From Myxococcota bacterium (lineage in GTDB: Bacteria; Myxococcota_A; UBA796; UBA2385): 64,000 nucleotides of DNA. This document shows, one piece after another, positions 31,078-43,853 of the stretch. Both the position numbers and the translations under genes were made by a program. Under the pieces are notes generated by a model. It was not told the origin of the DNA and did no database searches. It saw only the letters and a list, made by a program, of their open reading frames with translations. The DNA is taken from assembly GCA_044344255.1 (NCBI GenBank), contig JBIJDH010000017.1, positions 119,728-183,727 of the forward strand, given 5' to 3'. Each line of letters opens with the position of its first letter. Position 1 is the stretch's first letter.

Positions 31078-32577
31078 ATGAACCGCGCCGCCCTCGAAGC
31101 TGCCCTCGCCGGCCTCCGCTCTCGCGGGGCGATCAAGGCCTTCGGGGCCCAGGTGGACGAAGACGAACGGCTCCGCGCCTTGCTCGTCGAGCTCATCGAG
31201 CAGCGCGGTGAGGCGGTCGATCCCCTCGACGGCGGCAAACGCCTCGTGCGCCAAGCCCTCGATCGCGCCGATGAGGCCCAGGTGCTCGGCACCCCCATCC
31301 GTCGGGACGGCGGCTTCCTCTGTCAGCACTGTGGCGCCGAGGTCGCGGCCGGCGGCGCGATGGTGCGCGACCACTGCCCGCGCTGCCTCCGCAGCCTGCA
31401 CGTCGACCGGGTGCCGGGCGACCGCGCCAACGACTGCCAGGGCCTGCTCGACCCCGTCGCCCTCGACCTCGAGGGCCGCTCGGGTGTCGTGATCCGCTAC
31501 CGCTGCCGCCGCTGCGGCGCCGCCTGGCGGGGCCGAGCCCACCCCGACGACGAGATCCCCCCCACGCTGAGCCCCGCCGATCTCCCCGGCCCCGCCGCCC
31601 CTACGGCCACCGACGGGCCGAGCGAGCGGGCGCGGGGCCTGCCGATGCGGGTCCTCGAGCTCATCCGGCGACAAGCGCTCTGGGCGCCGGGCGCGCGCGT
31701 GCTCGTCGCCGTCTCGGGGGGCCTCGACAGCACCGTGCTCATCGAGGTCCTCGCTCGAACGGCCGGCGCGCACGGCGGTCGGCTCTCGGTGATGAGCTTC
31801 GACCACGGTCTCCGCCCCGAGTCGGTGCAGGAGGTCGCGGTGGTGGGGCGCGTGGCCCGCGACCTCGGCCTGCCCTTCATCGGCCGCTCGCTGGGCATCA
31901 CCCCGGGGCCGAACCTCCAGGCCCGCGCCCGCGACGCCCGCCGCGAGGCCCTGCTCGCCCAGGGGGCCGACCACATCTGCACCGCCCACCACGAGGACGA
32001 TCAAGCCGAGACGGTGCTCTTGCACCTGCTGCGGGGCTCCGGGGCGGCGGGCCTCAAGGGCATCGCCCTCGCCGACCCGCCCTGGTGCCGCCCCCTGCTC
32101 CAGGAGCCGAAGGCCGTGCTGCGCGCCTGGGCAGAGCGGGAGGGGCTGCGCTGGACGGACGACCCCTCCAACCCGAGCTCCCAGCGCGGGGAGCTCCGGC
32201 GGCTCTTGCCGGCCCTCGACAACATCCACGGCGGGGCACAAGGGGCCCTGGCGCGCTCCGCCCGCCTTATCGCCCGCGACGACGCGCTGCTCGAGGCCCT
32301 CACCGAGGCCCGCTGCGCCCAGGCCCTCGACGCCTCCGGCCTCGACGTCGCCCTCACCCGGGCCGAGCACCCGGCCCTCCAGCTCCGCATGCTGCGGCGC
32401 CTCGTCCGGGCGTCGGGCTGCGCCGAGATCGTGCGGGCCGATCAGCTCGAGGCTGCGCTCCCCTTCGAGGCCCGCGAGGGCAGCGGCCTCCCGCTCCCCG
32501 GCGGCTGGTCGCTGCGGGTGGTGGGCGGCCGGTTCACGCTCCAGGGGCCCGCCGAGCCCGCGGCGTGCGCCCCCTGA
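31078..32577 (+). CDS. tilS: tRNA(Ile)-lysidine synthetase with N-terminal RNHCP zinc-binding domain
   Basis: FLCQHCG..RDHCPRCLRSLHVD..PGDRA (RNHCP); VAVSGGLDS PP-loop, DHGLR, TAHHEDDQAET..LLRGSG, RPLL, DPSN. Confidence 0.88.
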   Translation: MNRAALEAALAGLRSRGAIKAFGAQVDEDERLRALLVELIEQRGEAVDPLDGGKRLVRQALDRADEAQVLGTPIRRDGGFLCQHCGAEVAAGGAMVRDHCPRCLRSLHVDRVPGDRANDCQGLLDPVALDLEGRSGVVIRYRCRRCGAAWRGRAHPDDEIPPTLSPADLPGPAAPTATDGPSERARGLPMRVLELIRRQALWAPGARVLVAVSGGLDSTVLIEVLARTAGAHGGRLSVMSFDHGLRPESVQEVAVVGRVARDLGLPFIGRSLGITPGPNLQARARDARREALLAQGADHICTAHHEDDQAETVLLHLLRGSGAAGLKGIALADPPWCRPLLQEPKAVLRAWAEREGLRWTDDPSNPSSQRGELRRLLPALDNIHGGAQGALARSARLIARDDALLEALTEARCAQALDASGLDVALTRAEHPALQLRMLRRLVRASGCAEIVRADQLEAALPFEAREGSGLPLPGGWSLRVVGGRFTLQGPAEPAACAP

Positions 32578-32595
32578 GCGCCGCGACCGGGAGGC

Positions 32596-35664
<3,069 letters not shown>

Positions 35665-35727
35665 CCGGACTAGTATCCTCTCCGGCGTCGCCCCATTCGA
35701 GACGATCTACGGCTTGACCGTTCCAGA

Positions 35728-37194
35728 TCAGGCCGCTGCCATCGGGAAGCGAGCGCGAAATGCGGTGCGGCGGGCCTCACTGGTCACCTCCACCGACCCT
35801 CCGTGCGACTGACAGATCGCCTTGACCAGGGCGAGGCCGAGGCCAGTCCCTCCGCGGTCGCGGGCGGTCGTGAAGAAGCGGTCGAAGACCCGAGCCAGGT
35901 TGGCTGGGGAGATGCCCGGCCCGTCATCCTCGACGGTGAAGCCCGTGGAGTCCCCCTCCCGCCAGCAGATCACCCGCACGTTCACGCCGTCTCCGCCGTG
36001 CCGGAGCGCGTTCTCGACGAGGTTCTCGAGGGCCGCCTCGAGCTGCTCCCGGTTGCCCTCCACCGCCCCCGCCTCGCCGGCGCTCCGCACGCTGGGGTGC
36101 CGATCCACCACCGCCGCCGCCACGAGGCCCAAGGGCACCACCCGCCGCTCTCCGCCCTCTTCGGCCCGGGCGAGGCGGAGCAGCCCCCCCACGAGGCGGG
36201 AGAGGCGGTCGAGGTCAGCCTGGGCGTTGTCGAGGAAGAGGGTGCGCTGCTCGGCCGGCATCTCTTCGTCGTCGCGGAGGAGCTCGACCGTGCCGCGCAG
36301 CGAGCTCACTGGGGTCTTGAACTCGTGGGAGACGTTGCCGGCGAACTCGGTGATGTAGCGAAGGCGCTCTTGGAGCCGCGCGCTCATCGTGGCCATCGCC
36401 AGCGCGAGCTCTCGGGCCTCGGCGACCCGCGATCGGGTGGCGGGCTCGATCTCGACCAGCGCCGCGTGCTGACCGGCGGCGATGCGCCGGGAGGCGAGCG
36501 CGAGCTGCTTGAGCGAGCGCGACAGCACGAGGCCGGAGGCCACCCCGAGGCCGATGGTGAGGGCGAGGGCCACCGCGCCGCCCACGCTCAGGCGCGGCGC
36601 CATCTGCCAGAAGGTCTGGAGCTCCTCGCGCGGCGTGCGGGAGAGCACGACGGCCCCCACGATCTCGCCGTCGAGGCGCACGGGCACCGCGAGGTAGACC
36701 CGCACCGGCGAGCGCCGGCTGAGCCCGTCGATGGGCATCTTGCGGCTGTTCGAGTTGTCGCGGGGCCGGACGACGAGGCCGGGCTCGCCCGCGAGGGCGG
36801 CCTGCACCTCCTCGGCGGACGAGATGTCCTCGCCCACCCCTCCGCCGCTCGTGGCCACGACGAGGCCGGCGGTGTCGACCACCCGAAAGCCAGCGAGGGT
36901 CGCGGCCTTGGCCTCGACCAGCAGCTCCGTCAGGCGGGGGGCCACGGCCTCGAGGGGGGTGTCCGCGCCGGCGTGGCGCAGCTCGGCGGCGACGTGGAGG
37001 GCGACGAGCGCGGCCTGATGCGAGATGTCCTCGCGGGTCTGGTTCTGGAGATCGGTGGCCAGGGCGCCGCTGCAGACGAGGGCGAGCACCGGCAGCGCAA
37101 AGACAGTGAGGTGGGAGAGGACGAGCCAGCGCTGAAGCGGCTGTACGAGGCGGTCTCTCAGCGCGCGCGGCGGCCGGGCGGGCGGCGCGGTCAC
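35728..37194 (-). CDS. Sensor histidine kinase (CreC/ChvG-like)
   Basis: 2 TM, HAMP, VSHEFKTP, NLVENALRH, DDGPG, FDRFFTT, GTGLGL. Confidence 0.92.
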   Translation of the reverse strand: MTAPPARPPRALRDRLVQPLQRWLVLSHLTVFALPVLALVCSGALATDLQNQTREDISHQAALVALHVAAELRHAGADTPLEAVAPRLTELLVEAKAATLAGFRVVDTAGLVVATSGGGVGEDISSAEEVQAALAGEPGLVVRPRDNSNSRKMPIDGLSRRSPVRVYLAVPVRLDGEIVGAVVLSRTPREELQTFWQMAPRLSVGGAVALALTIGLGVASGLVLSRSLKQLALASRRIAAGQHAALVEIEPATRSRVAEARELALAMATMSARLQERLRYITEFAGNVSHEFKTPVSSLRGTVELLRDDEEMPAEQRTLFLDNAQADLDRLSRLVGGLLRLARAEEGGERRVVPLGLVAAAVVDRHPSVRSAGEAGAVEGNREQLEAALENLVENALRHGGDGVNVRVICWREGDSTGFTVEDDGPGISPANLARVFDRFFTTARDRGGTGLGLALVKAICQSHGGSVEVTSEARRTAFRARFPMAAA

Positions 37195-37880
37195 CGACAG
37201 GGACCGAGGCGATACCCGAGCCCGTGCACCGTCTCGATGGGATCGACGCCGTGGTCACGAAACTTCTGGCGGATGCGGCGGATGTGGGAGTCGAGCGTAC
37301 GCTCGGAGACGTGGTGATTGCCCCCCGGGTAGGCCCGCTCCGTGAGCTCCTCCCGCGTGTAGACGCGCCCCGGGCGGGCCATCAGCACCCGCAGCAGGCT
37401 GAGCTCGGTGACGGTGAGCAGGACCTCGTGTTCTTCGGCCCAGGCGCGGTGCTCCGCGGGATCGAGCCGGATCCGACCGACGTGGAGGGCGGCCGGGGCG
37501 GGCTCCGGGGAGGGCTCGGGGTTCACGCGCCGCAGCACGGCCTTACAGCGCGCCACCAGCTCTCGGGTGGAGAAGGGCTTGGTGAGGTAGTCGTCCCCGC
37601 CGAGCTCGAGGCCGAGCACCCGGTCGAGCTCCTCGTCGCGGGAAGACAGAAAGACCACCGGGGTGCGGCTCGTGCGGCGGAGCTCCCGGCAGGTCTCGAT
37701 GCCGTCGAGCTCGGGCATCACGATGTCGAGGACGATGAGGTCGACCGGGGTGGCGGCGTGCAGGCGGAGGGCCTCGGCGCCGTTGGTGGCCTCCACCACG
37801 GTGAAGCCCTGACGCGACAGGGCGTAGCGCACGACCTCGCGGAGGTGAGGATCATCGTCGACGACGAGGATGCGGGTCAT
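37191..37880 (-). CDS. OmpR/PhoB-family response regulator (CreB-like)
   Basis: ILVVDDD, VLDIVMP, GGDDYLTKPF, RTLDSHIRRIRQK, ETVHGLGY. Confidence 0.95.
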   Translation of the reverse strand: MTRILVVDDDPHLREVVRYALSRQGFTVVEATNGAEALRLHAATPVDLIVLDIVMPELDGIETCRELRRTSRTPVVFLSSRDEELDRVLGLELGGDDYLTKPFSTRELVARCKAVLRRVNPEPSPEPAPAALHVGRIRLDPAEHRAWAEEHEVLLTVTELSLLRVLMARPGRVYTREELTERAYPGGNHHVSERTLDSHIRRIRQKFRDHGVDPIETVHGLGYRLGPCR

Positions 37881-38419
37881 GAGAGGGCGATCTCCTGGAG
37901 GGCCCGGGCGCGCGCGCTCAAGTCGCGCATCTGCTCACGGACCGGCAGTGTATCGCCGAGCAAGGCCACGAGTCCCACCTGGAGCTTGAGCTGGACGAGG
38001 CCGCGCAGCACCCCCTCGATCTCGGCTGCGGCGTGGCCGCGGGCCAGGGAGAGGCGCTGCCCGAGTGGATCTCCTTGCAGGGCGGGGTCGTCGAGCAGGC
38101 GGTCGACCATCCCGATGCGGGCGTCGGCGGCGACGAGCGCCGCCCGGAGCCCGATGAGCTCCTCTGGGGAGGTGAGGCTGGCCGAAGGGGCCTCCCGCAG
38201 GGCGCGGCCGAGCGCCTCGAAGACCGCGTCGATGCGCGCCTGAAAGGGCCCAGCGCCGGCGGGGGTGGCCTCCATCAGGCCGACCAGCAGCGGCCAGGCG
38301 ACGAGGGCGGACACGGCGGTGGGGAGCGGGTGGCCTCGGCCGCGCAGCGCGACGCCGGAGCCCAGGCCGACCAGCCCGTAGAGGGCGAGGAGCACGATCA
38401 CCGCGGTCCACGAGCTCAT
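37877..38419 (-). CDS. Hypothetical protein with N-terminal TM segments and a helical C-terminus
   Basis: 4-nt overlaps with both neighbours; hydrophobic N-terminus. Confidence 0.65.
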   Translation of the reverse strand: MSSWTAVIVLLALYGLVGLGSGVALRGRGHPLPTAVSALVAWPLLVGLMEATPAGAGPFQARIDAVFEALGRALREAPSASLTSPEELIGLRAALVAADARIGMVDRLLDDPALQGDPLGQRLSLARGHAAAEIEGVLRGLVQLKLQVGLVALLGDTLPVREQMRDLSARARALQEIALS

Positions 38420-39165
38420 CGCGGCTGCCCGTCGTCGCTCGCCGGGTCTCCCGCAGGGGCCGCCGGGGGTGCCAGCAGCCCCCGCGACTCGACGTCCCAG
38501 CCGCCGTAGTCCCCGCCCGCCGACCGGCTCGTGGCGCCGAGGCCGCTGAAGACGTCCTCCTCGATCGGGCGGAGGAAGCTCACCTCGGCGTTGGGCCGCG
38601 CGACGAAGGGGCGGAGCAGCCAGCCGGTCTGGGCGAAGGCGAAGAAGAGCAACAGCGCGGACCCCACTCCGGCCAGGATCCGCATGTCACCGCCCCGCGG
38701 CAGGGCCCGCAAGAGCGAGAGCACGCCGGGCAGCCCGGCGAGGCCCAGCGAGCCGGCGAGCAGGAGCACGGCGAGGTGGTAGTCGATGTTCACCGAGTAG
38801 AGGAGCCACAGCACGGGGCCGAGGGCGGCGGCGAGGATGGCGCTGCGGGCCATCCCGGCCAGGGCGGCGAGGGAGAGCCGTGGCCAGGAGACGCCCACCC
38901 CGCTCGCCTTGTAGAGCGCGTGCACCGCCGGCAGGGAGAGCAGGGGCGGCGCGAGCAGCAGCAGGGGCATCTTCACGGCGCCATAGAGGAGCTGGATGTC
39001 GCCCTTCTGGGAGCCCACCATCAGGCCAAAGAGCGCGCCACCGCCGACAGTGAGGCCCAGGAGCAGCGGGGCGATGCGGGCGAGCTCGACGGGGCGGTCG
39101 TGATCGTCGATGAGGCCGTTCGGATCGCGGAGGAGGCGGGTGGTGACGGCGAGGAGGTCGTTCAT
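38416..39165 (-). CDS. Hypothetical 5-6 TM membrane protein (Yip1-like topology)
   Basis: AVKMPLLLL, QTGWLLRPF motifs; RBS GGAG upstream. Confidence 0.7.
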   Translation of the reverse strand: MNDLLAVTTRLLRDPNGLIDDHDRPVELARIAPLLLGLTVGGGALFGLMVGSQKGDIQLLYGAVKMPLLLLAPPLLSLPAVHALYKASGVGVSWPRLSLAALAGMARSAILAAALGPVLWLLYSVNIDYHLAVLLLAGSLGLAGLPGVLSLLRALPRGGDMRILAGVGSALLLFFAFAQTGWLLRPFVARPNAEVSFLRPIEEDVFSGLGATSRSAGGDYGGWDVESRGLLAPPAAPAGDPASDDGQPR

Positions 39166-39237
39166 GGCAGCTCCGAGGGGACACGAGAGGACAGGGACGC
39201 AAGAGGAGAGCGGCGAAGGGGGTCGAGGCAGGGCGGC

Positions 39238-39807
39238 TCAGAGCACGGCGTTGGCGAGGTCCCAGCAGAGCCGGAGGCCGATGAGGGCGGTGAGCGCGGC
39301 CCAGCCGAGCGAGAGCAGCACCATCCGTCCATGGGCCGAGATCGAGATCCCCTCCGACCAGGCCCCGCGCTCGAGGGCGATCAGGCGCGTCCAGGTCACG
39401 AGCAAGCTGTGAAAGCTGGCGCCGAGCACGCCCATCATCAGGATCACGGGGCCGAGCGCGCTCGTGGCCGAGAAGAGGAGGGCCACCGGGATGATGCCGA
39501 GGGCGACGTCTCCGGCCCGCCCGTAGGCCCCGATCACGAGGCCGAGCAGCGGCCGGGGGGAGGCGCGCAGGTCGAGGAACTGGTGACCGACCAGCAGGGC
39601 GGGAGCGGTGAGCAGGAGCGCCCCGGCGGGGGCCGCGAGGCTGAGCGGGACGCCCTCGCCGAGCCGCTCCGGCGACGAGGCCAGGGCCACAGCGGCGAGG
39701 CCGAGCCAGCCCGCGGTGGCCCGGACGAGCTCCGCCGCGCTCAAGGGCGTGGCGCGGTCGAGGGGAGAGGCCGTGAGCGGGACCGAAGGGAGGGCGGCGG
39801 ATTCCAT
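39238..39807 (-). CDS. Hypothetical multi-pass membrane protein, possibly a distant paralog of the downstream gene
   Basis: Hydrophobic throughout; AGGAG RBS before the ATG of MESAAL. Confidence 0.65.
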   Translation of the reverse strand: MESAALPSVPLTASPLDRATPLSAAELVRATAGWLGLAAVALASSPERLGEGVPLSLAAPAGALLLTAPALLVGHQFLDLRASPRPLLGLVIGAYGRAGDVALGIIPVALLFSATSALGPVILMMGVLGASFHSLLVTWTRLIALERGAWSEGISISAHGRMVLLSLGWAALTALIGLRLCWDLANAVL

Positions 39808-39904
39808 GTAGATCTCCTGTGGTTGTTCACCGGTTGACCCTCTCCACCTATGGTCGAGCCCTGCGCGCCCCGCGGACGCCCCGTGGCGGCCGCGCGGATC
39901 GATC

Positions 39905-39920
39905 GTGCAGGCCCGGTGCA
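39905..39920 (-). promoter_or_regulatory. cre-tag-like direct repeat, candidate binding site of the OmpR-family regulator
   Basis: Minus strand TGCAC-N6-TGCAC (11-bp period), about 100 nt upstream of the operon containing the regulator. Confidence 0.5.
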
Positions 39921-39991
39921 GAGGGCCGCCGCGCCGGGAGGTCGCGGAGGACCGCTGGCCCCACCGACCGCCTTCTGGCAGCATCACGGCG

Positions 39992-41857
39992 ATGAACGCC
40001 GACCCGCCGAGCCGCCTCCCCTCGCCGCCCCGGAGGGCCGCGCCGATCGCCTACCCCTCCGCCCCGCCCCAGCGGGGTGGCTGCATGCTCGTGCTCACCT
40101 TCGCGGCGGCCCTCCTCCTGACCGCCACCTGCGGCGGCCTCAGCCTGTCACCCTGGTGGGGGGTGCATCGGGGCGGGGAGTGGATCGCCGTCGACGCGGG
40201 CCTCGCGCTGCCCGGCACCCAGCGGCTCGAGGGTGTGGTGGAGCTCGGGCCGAAGCACCGCCGAGGCCCCCTGAGCGGCGAGGACTGCGCCTGCCTGACC
40301 TACGTCGCCACCCGCTCCAGCGGCTCCGGCAAGAATCGCAGCACGGTGACCCTGGACCGTCAGCTCGGCTGCGAAGAATTCACCCTCCGCGGCGCCCACG
40401 GCGCCACCGTGATCACCGGCGGCGCTCGCTGGGACCTCGACAAGCCAGAGCGTAAGGCCCGGGAGGGCAAGGTCACCCGCAAGGAGCGGTGCCTTCAGGA
40501 GGGTGACCGCGTCGAGCTCCTCGGCGAGGTCCACGAGGTCGAGGGCGCGACCCGGTTGAGCCCCCCCAAGGTCGGGGGCTCGATCTCGGTGCCCGTCAGC
40601 CGCCGCGCCGAGGCCGACGGGCGGCGCCTCGCCCTGTTCCTGCTCGAGCAGGGCTGCGCCCTCATCGCCCTCACGTTCGCCCTCGGCCGCCTCCAACGAT
40701 GGTCGCGGCGGCCCTCACCGGCGCTCAGCCTCCTGCTCCTCGTCGCCCTGCCAATCGGCGCCCTCGTCGGCGAGGGCCTCTGGATGCGGTGGCTGGAGCT
40801 CGACTGGCAAGCGCGGGAGGCCGCGGGCCTGCGGCGGGCGGCGGTCACGCGCCTCGAGGCCAGCGGCGACGGCCCGGCGGCCCGCGCGGCCGTAGAGGCG
40901 GCGGTCTCGTCCCAGCTCGCCTGGTTCACCGCGGAGCAGCAGCGCCCCCTGTCCCGCCTGCTCATCCACCTCGGCGCCGCGCCGCCGATCGAGGGGCTGG
41001 TCGAGTCCGCGGGGGGGCCCGTGGCCCGCCCACCCCTCGACGGCCTCCGCGCCTCCGGCTGGACCGCGCTGGTCCTCCTGCTGCTCCTCCCGGCAGCCTT
41101 GCAGCTCTACCGTGGGCGCAGCCACCCCTACGGCTACCTCCGGTCCATCTACGCCCTCTCCGGCCACCCGGCGGCGAGGGGGCTCGTCGTCCGCCACGGC
41201 GTCGCCCGTCCGCCGCCCGGCGCCCCGCCGCTCTTCGATCCGATCGACGGCGTCGAGGTCGTCGCTTGGCGGCTGTTTGAGGAGGAGCAGATCACCCGCG
41301 GCTCGAAGAAGGTGTCCAACAGGTCCTGGCAAGTCCGGGGCTCCGAGGAGTCAGCGCCGGAGCTCCTCCTCGACGGTCCGGGCGGACAGACTCGGGTCGC
41401 CCTCGCATCCCCCGCGGGCTGGACCTTCGCGGAGGACCAGTTCCAGCACACCGGCCCGGAGGTGGAGGCGCTGGCCGCCCGATACGCCCCCATCCTGGGC
41501 TCCCACCCCCAGCGCCGCCCCTTCCGTCGCCGCAGCCAACGGTACCGGATCGAGGCGCCGCTGACGGTGCTCGGCCTCTCCGATCCCGCCGGCGAGGGCG
41601 GCGTGGTGGCCGAGACGCTGTCCACGGCCCCGCCCCGCGACCTCGTCTTCGATCGCGGGACCAACGGCCGGACCTGGCTGGCGGTGCTCAACCTCTCGCT
41701 CGTCGCCACCGTCTGGAGCGCCCTCGCGCTCGTGGGGCGTCTCGACGCCGAGCGGCAGGTCATAGGCAGCCTCCTCGCAGGGGGGCTCTGCGTGCTGATC
41801 CTCGCCTACCTCCGTCACCCCGGAGCAGGCGCCCCCTGGACGCGCGAGGCCCGGTGA
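39992..41857 (+). CDS. Membrane protein with two GIDE-like domains
   Basis: PLSGEDC..Y..SGSGKNRS..F.L..ERCLQEGDRVELLG and a second PIDG.EVVAW..SW..LLLD..LTVLG unit, separated by TM segments. Confidence 0.55.
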   Translation: MNADPPSRLPSPPRRAAPIAYPSAPPQRGGCMLVLTFAAALLLTATCGGLSLSPWWGVHRGGEWIAVDAGLALPGTQRLEGVVELGPKHRRGPLSGEDCACLTYVATRSSGSGKNRSTVTLDRQLGCEEFTLRGAHGATVITGGARWDLDKPERKAREGKVTRKERCLQEGDRVELLGEVHEVEGATRLSPPKVGGSISVPVSRRAEADGRRLALFLLEQGCALIALTFALGRLQRWSRRPSPALSLLLLVALPIGALVGEGLWMRWLELDWQAREAAGLRRAAVTRLEASGDGPAARAAVEAAVSSQLAWFTAEQQRPLSRLLIHLGAAPPIEGLVESAGGPVARPPLDGLRASGWTALVLLLLLPAALQLYRGRSHPYGYLRSIYALSGHPAARGLVVRHGVARPPPGAPPLFDPIDGVEVVAWRLFEEEQITRGSKKVSNRSWQVRGSEESAPELLLDGPGGQTRVALASPAGWTFAEDQFQHTGPEVEALAARYAPILGSHPQRRPFRRRSQRYRIEAPLTVLGLSDPAGEGGVVAETLSTAPPRDLVFDRGTNGRTWLAVLNLSLVATVWSALALVGRLDAERQVIGSLLAGGLCVLILAYLRHPGAGAPWTREAR

Positions 41858-41963
41858 GTAGGATGCCGGACGCGACGCGCCGGCGCTCCTCGCCCCTCGG
41901 ATCGCGCACCTCCCCCGGGGAGGTCCCCCAGCACGCTCTGCCCGGCCTGGGCAGGAGGACACC

Positions 41964-42371
41964 ATGGCGACAGTCGAGATCACCAAAGAGAACTTCGGCG
42001 AGCACCTGGACAAGAACGGGATCTTCGTCGTGGACTTCTGGGCGGAGTGGTGCGGGCCTTGCCGCGCCTTCGCGCCCACCTTCAAGGCCGCCTCCGAAGA
42101 GCACCCCGACATCACCTTTGGCAAGGTCGACACCGAGGCGGAGCCCGATCTGGCCGGCTACTTCCAGATCCGCTCCATCCCCACGCTGATGGTCTTTCGC
42201 GAGAAGGTGATGTTGTTCAATCAGCCCGGCGCCCTCCCACCGCACGAGCTGAAGAACCTCCTCGCGCAGGTCCAGGGCCTCGACATGGCGAAGGTCCACG
42301 CCGAGATCGCCGCTCAGGAGCAGGGCCACGCCCACAGCCACGAGCACGGCGAGGGCTGCAACCACGACTGA
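41964..42371 (+). CDS. Thioredoxin with His-rich C-terminal tail
   Basis: DFWAEWCGPC, IRSIPTL; AGGAGG RBS; tail GHAHSHEHGEGCNHD. Confidence 0.93.
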   Translation: MATVEITKENFGEHLDKNGIFVVDFWAEWCGPCRAFAPTFKAASEEHPDITFGKVDTEAEPDLAGYFQIRSIPTLMVFREKVMLFNQPGALPPHELKNLLAQVQGLDMAKVHAEIAAQEQGHAHSHEHGEGCNHD

Positions 42372-42425
42372 CCGGAGGGCGGCCGAGGGCGGGGGGGCCG
42401 CGGGGCCCCCGCGCCAGGCCCCCGC

Positions 42426-43634
42426 TCACGCGGAGAGGCCCCAGGCACCGCCGAGCAAGATGCGAATCGCGAAGGAGCCGAACAGGGCGACGGCAGCGGC
42501 CACCGCCAGCGCGGTCCACTCTGGCCCGTCGTCCAGGGCGGGCGGCTCGGCGTCGTCTGCGCCCCGCTCGAGCCCGCGGGTGAGCAGGGCCCAGGTGAAG
42601 ATCAGCCCCCCCAGCGCCCCGCCGAGGTGTCCGGCCAGGGATATCCCCGGCAGCAAGGAGATGAGCAGGTTGATCCCAAGGGACTTCAGGGTGCCCTGTC
42701 GAAGGGAGGCGCTCACCGGACGGGGCATGAGGTCTGCCCGTCGGAGCGCGATCCAGCCAGCGGCCACCATCAGCCCCCAGATGGCGCCTGAGGCCCCCAC
42801 CCCCACGGAGCCGGCCACCTCCTGGATGGCGATGCCGCCCCCCAGCGCCGAGAAGGTGTAGAGCGCGAGGAAGCGCCGACCGCCGACGAGGCGCTCGAGC
42901 AGGGGGCCGAGGTTCCACAACACCGACATGTTCATCAGCAGGTGGATCACCCCGCCGTGCAGCGATGCGTAGGAGAACCAGCGGAGCGGATCGTGGCCCC
43001 GCGGATCAGTCGCGCCGAGCGCGATCAGGCGCCCGATGGAGTCGGTCGCTCCGAGGGCGGTCTCGAGCACGAAGCCCGCCACACAGACGCCAATGATCAG
43101 CTTCGTCATCGGGACCGGCCGGGCCTGGAGGGCCGCGAACCAGCCGGCGACCTCCCCCTGTTCAGAGGCGGCCCGCCGCCGCGCCTGGCTCAGCGCGCGC
43201 TCCACCTCGCCCGCGTCTACCGGCGCGTCGGGCTCGGCCTCGACCCGGGCGAGGGCCCGGCCCGCCACCGAGCCGCGCTTGCCGGGCCCGCCGACGTGGA
43301 GCTGCCCCGCATCGTCGATCTGCCAGGTGTGGACCATCGGATCGTTGAGGGTCGGCTCCATCGCCCGGGCGTGTCCGGACTCCTCGGAGGGGCCACCGAC
43401 CAGGACGAGGTGCAGCCCTCCCTCCGGGCCGGACAGCACGCCGAGGTTGGCGCGGCTGTCGATGAGCTGGCGGAAGACCTGCTCCCACTGTCGCTCCTCG
43501 GTCCAGGGCACCGAGGCGATCACCGCGCCCTCCGGGGTGCGGAGGAGGCACACCGCCTGCCCCGGGCGCGTGAGGCAGGCGATCCCCGGGCCGGCCTCCT
43601 CGAGCAGGCGCGCGGTCACGAGGTTGTTGTCCAT
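42426..43634 (-). CDS. Rhomboid-family intramembrane serine protease with N-terminal soluble extension
   Basis: LHGGVIHLLMNM, VGASGAIWG (Ser), GHLGG (His). Confidence 0.9.
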   Translation of the reverse strand: MDNNLVTARLLEEAGPGIACLTRPGQAVCLLRTPEGAVIASVPWTEERQWEQVFRQLIDSRANLGVLSGPEGGLHLVLVGGPSEESGHARAMEPTLNDPMVHTWQIDDAGQLHVGGPGKRGSVAGRALARVEAEPDAPVDAGEVERALSQARRRAASEQGEVAGWFAALQARPVPMTKLIIGVCVAGFVLETALGATDSIGRLIALGATDPRGHDPLRWFSYASLHGGVIHLLMNMSVLWNLGPLLERLVGGRRFLALYTFSALGGGIAIQEVAGSVGVGASGAIWGLMVAAGWIALRRADLMPRPVSASLRQGTLKSLGINLLISLLPGISLAGHLGGALGGLIFTWALLTRGLERGADDAEPPALDDGPEWTALAVAAAVALFGSFAIRILLGGAWGLSA

Positions 43635-43853
43635 GCTTCCCCTCCCTCTGGCCTGCGCTGCGCCGCGACCGGCGTCCGCCAGCCCTCCCTCTACCTCCGC
43701 GCCCGCCGCAGGACACACCGCCGACCGGGATCTGCGCCCGCGACCCCCACCGGACCCGGCTCGCCGCCTTCCGCCGGACCCTGCGTTGGTTTATGGTCGA
43801 CGGCCTGAGCCCCCGCCGCACCCTCTTCAGACCGCCGCCTCCGGAGCCTTGCC

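Noticed and set aside
42426..43634. Rhomboid as the sorting enzyme for the C-terminally anchored proteins
   Set aside because: The tails look MYXO-CTERM-like rather than GlyGly-CTERM, and there is no genetic linkage
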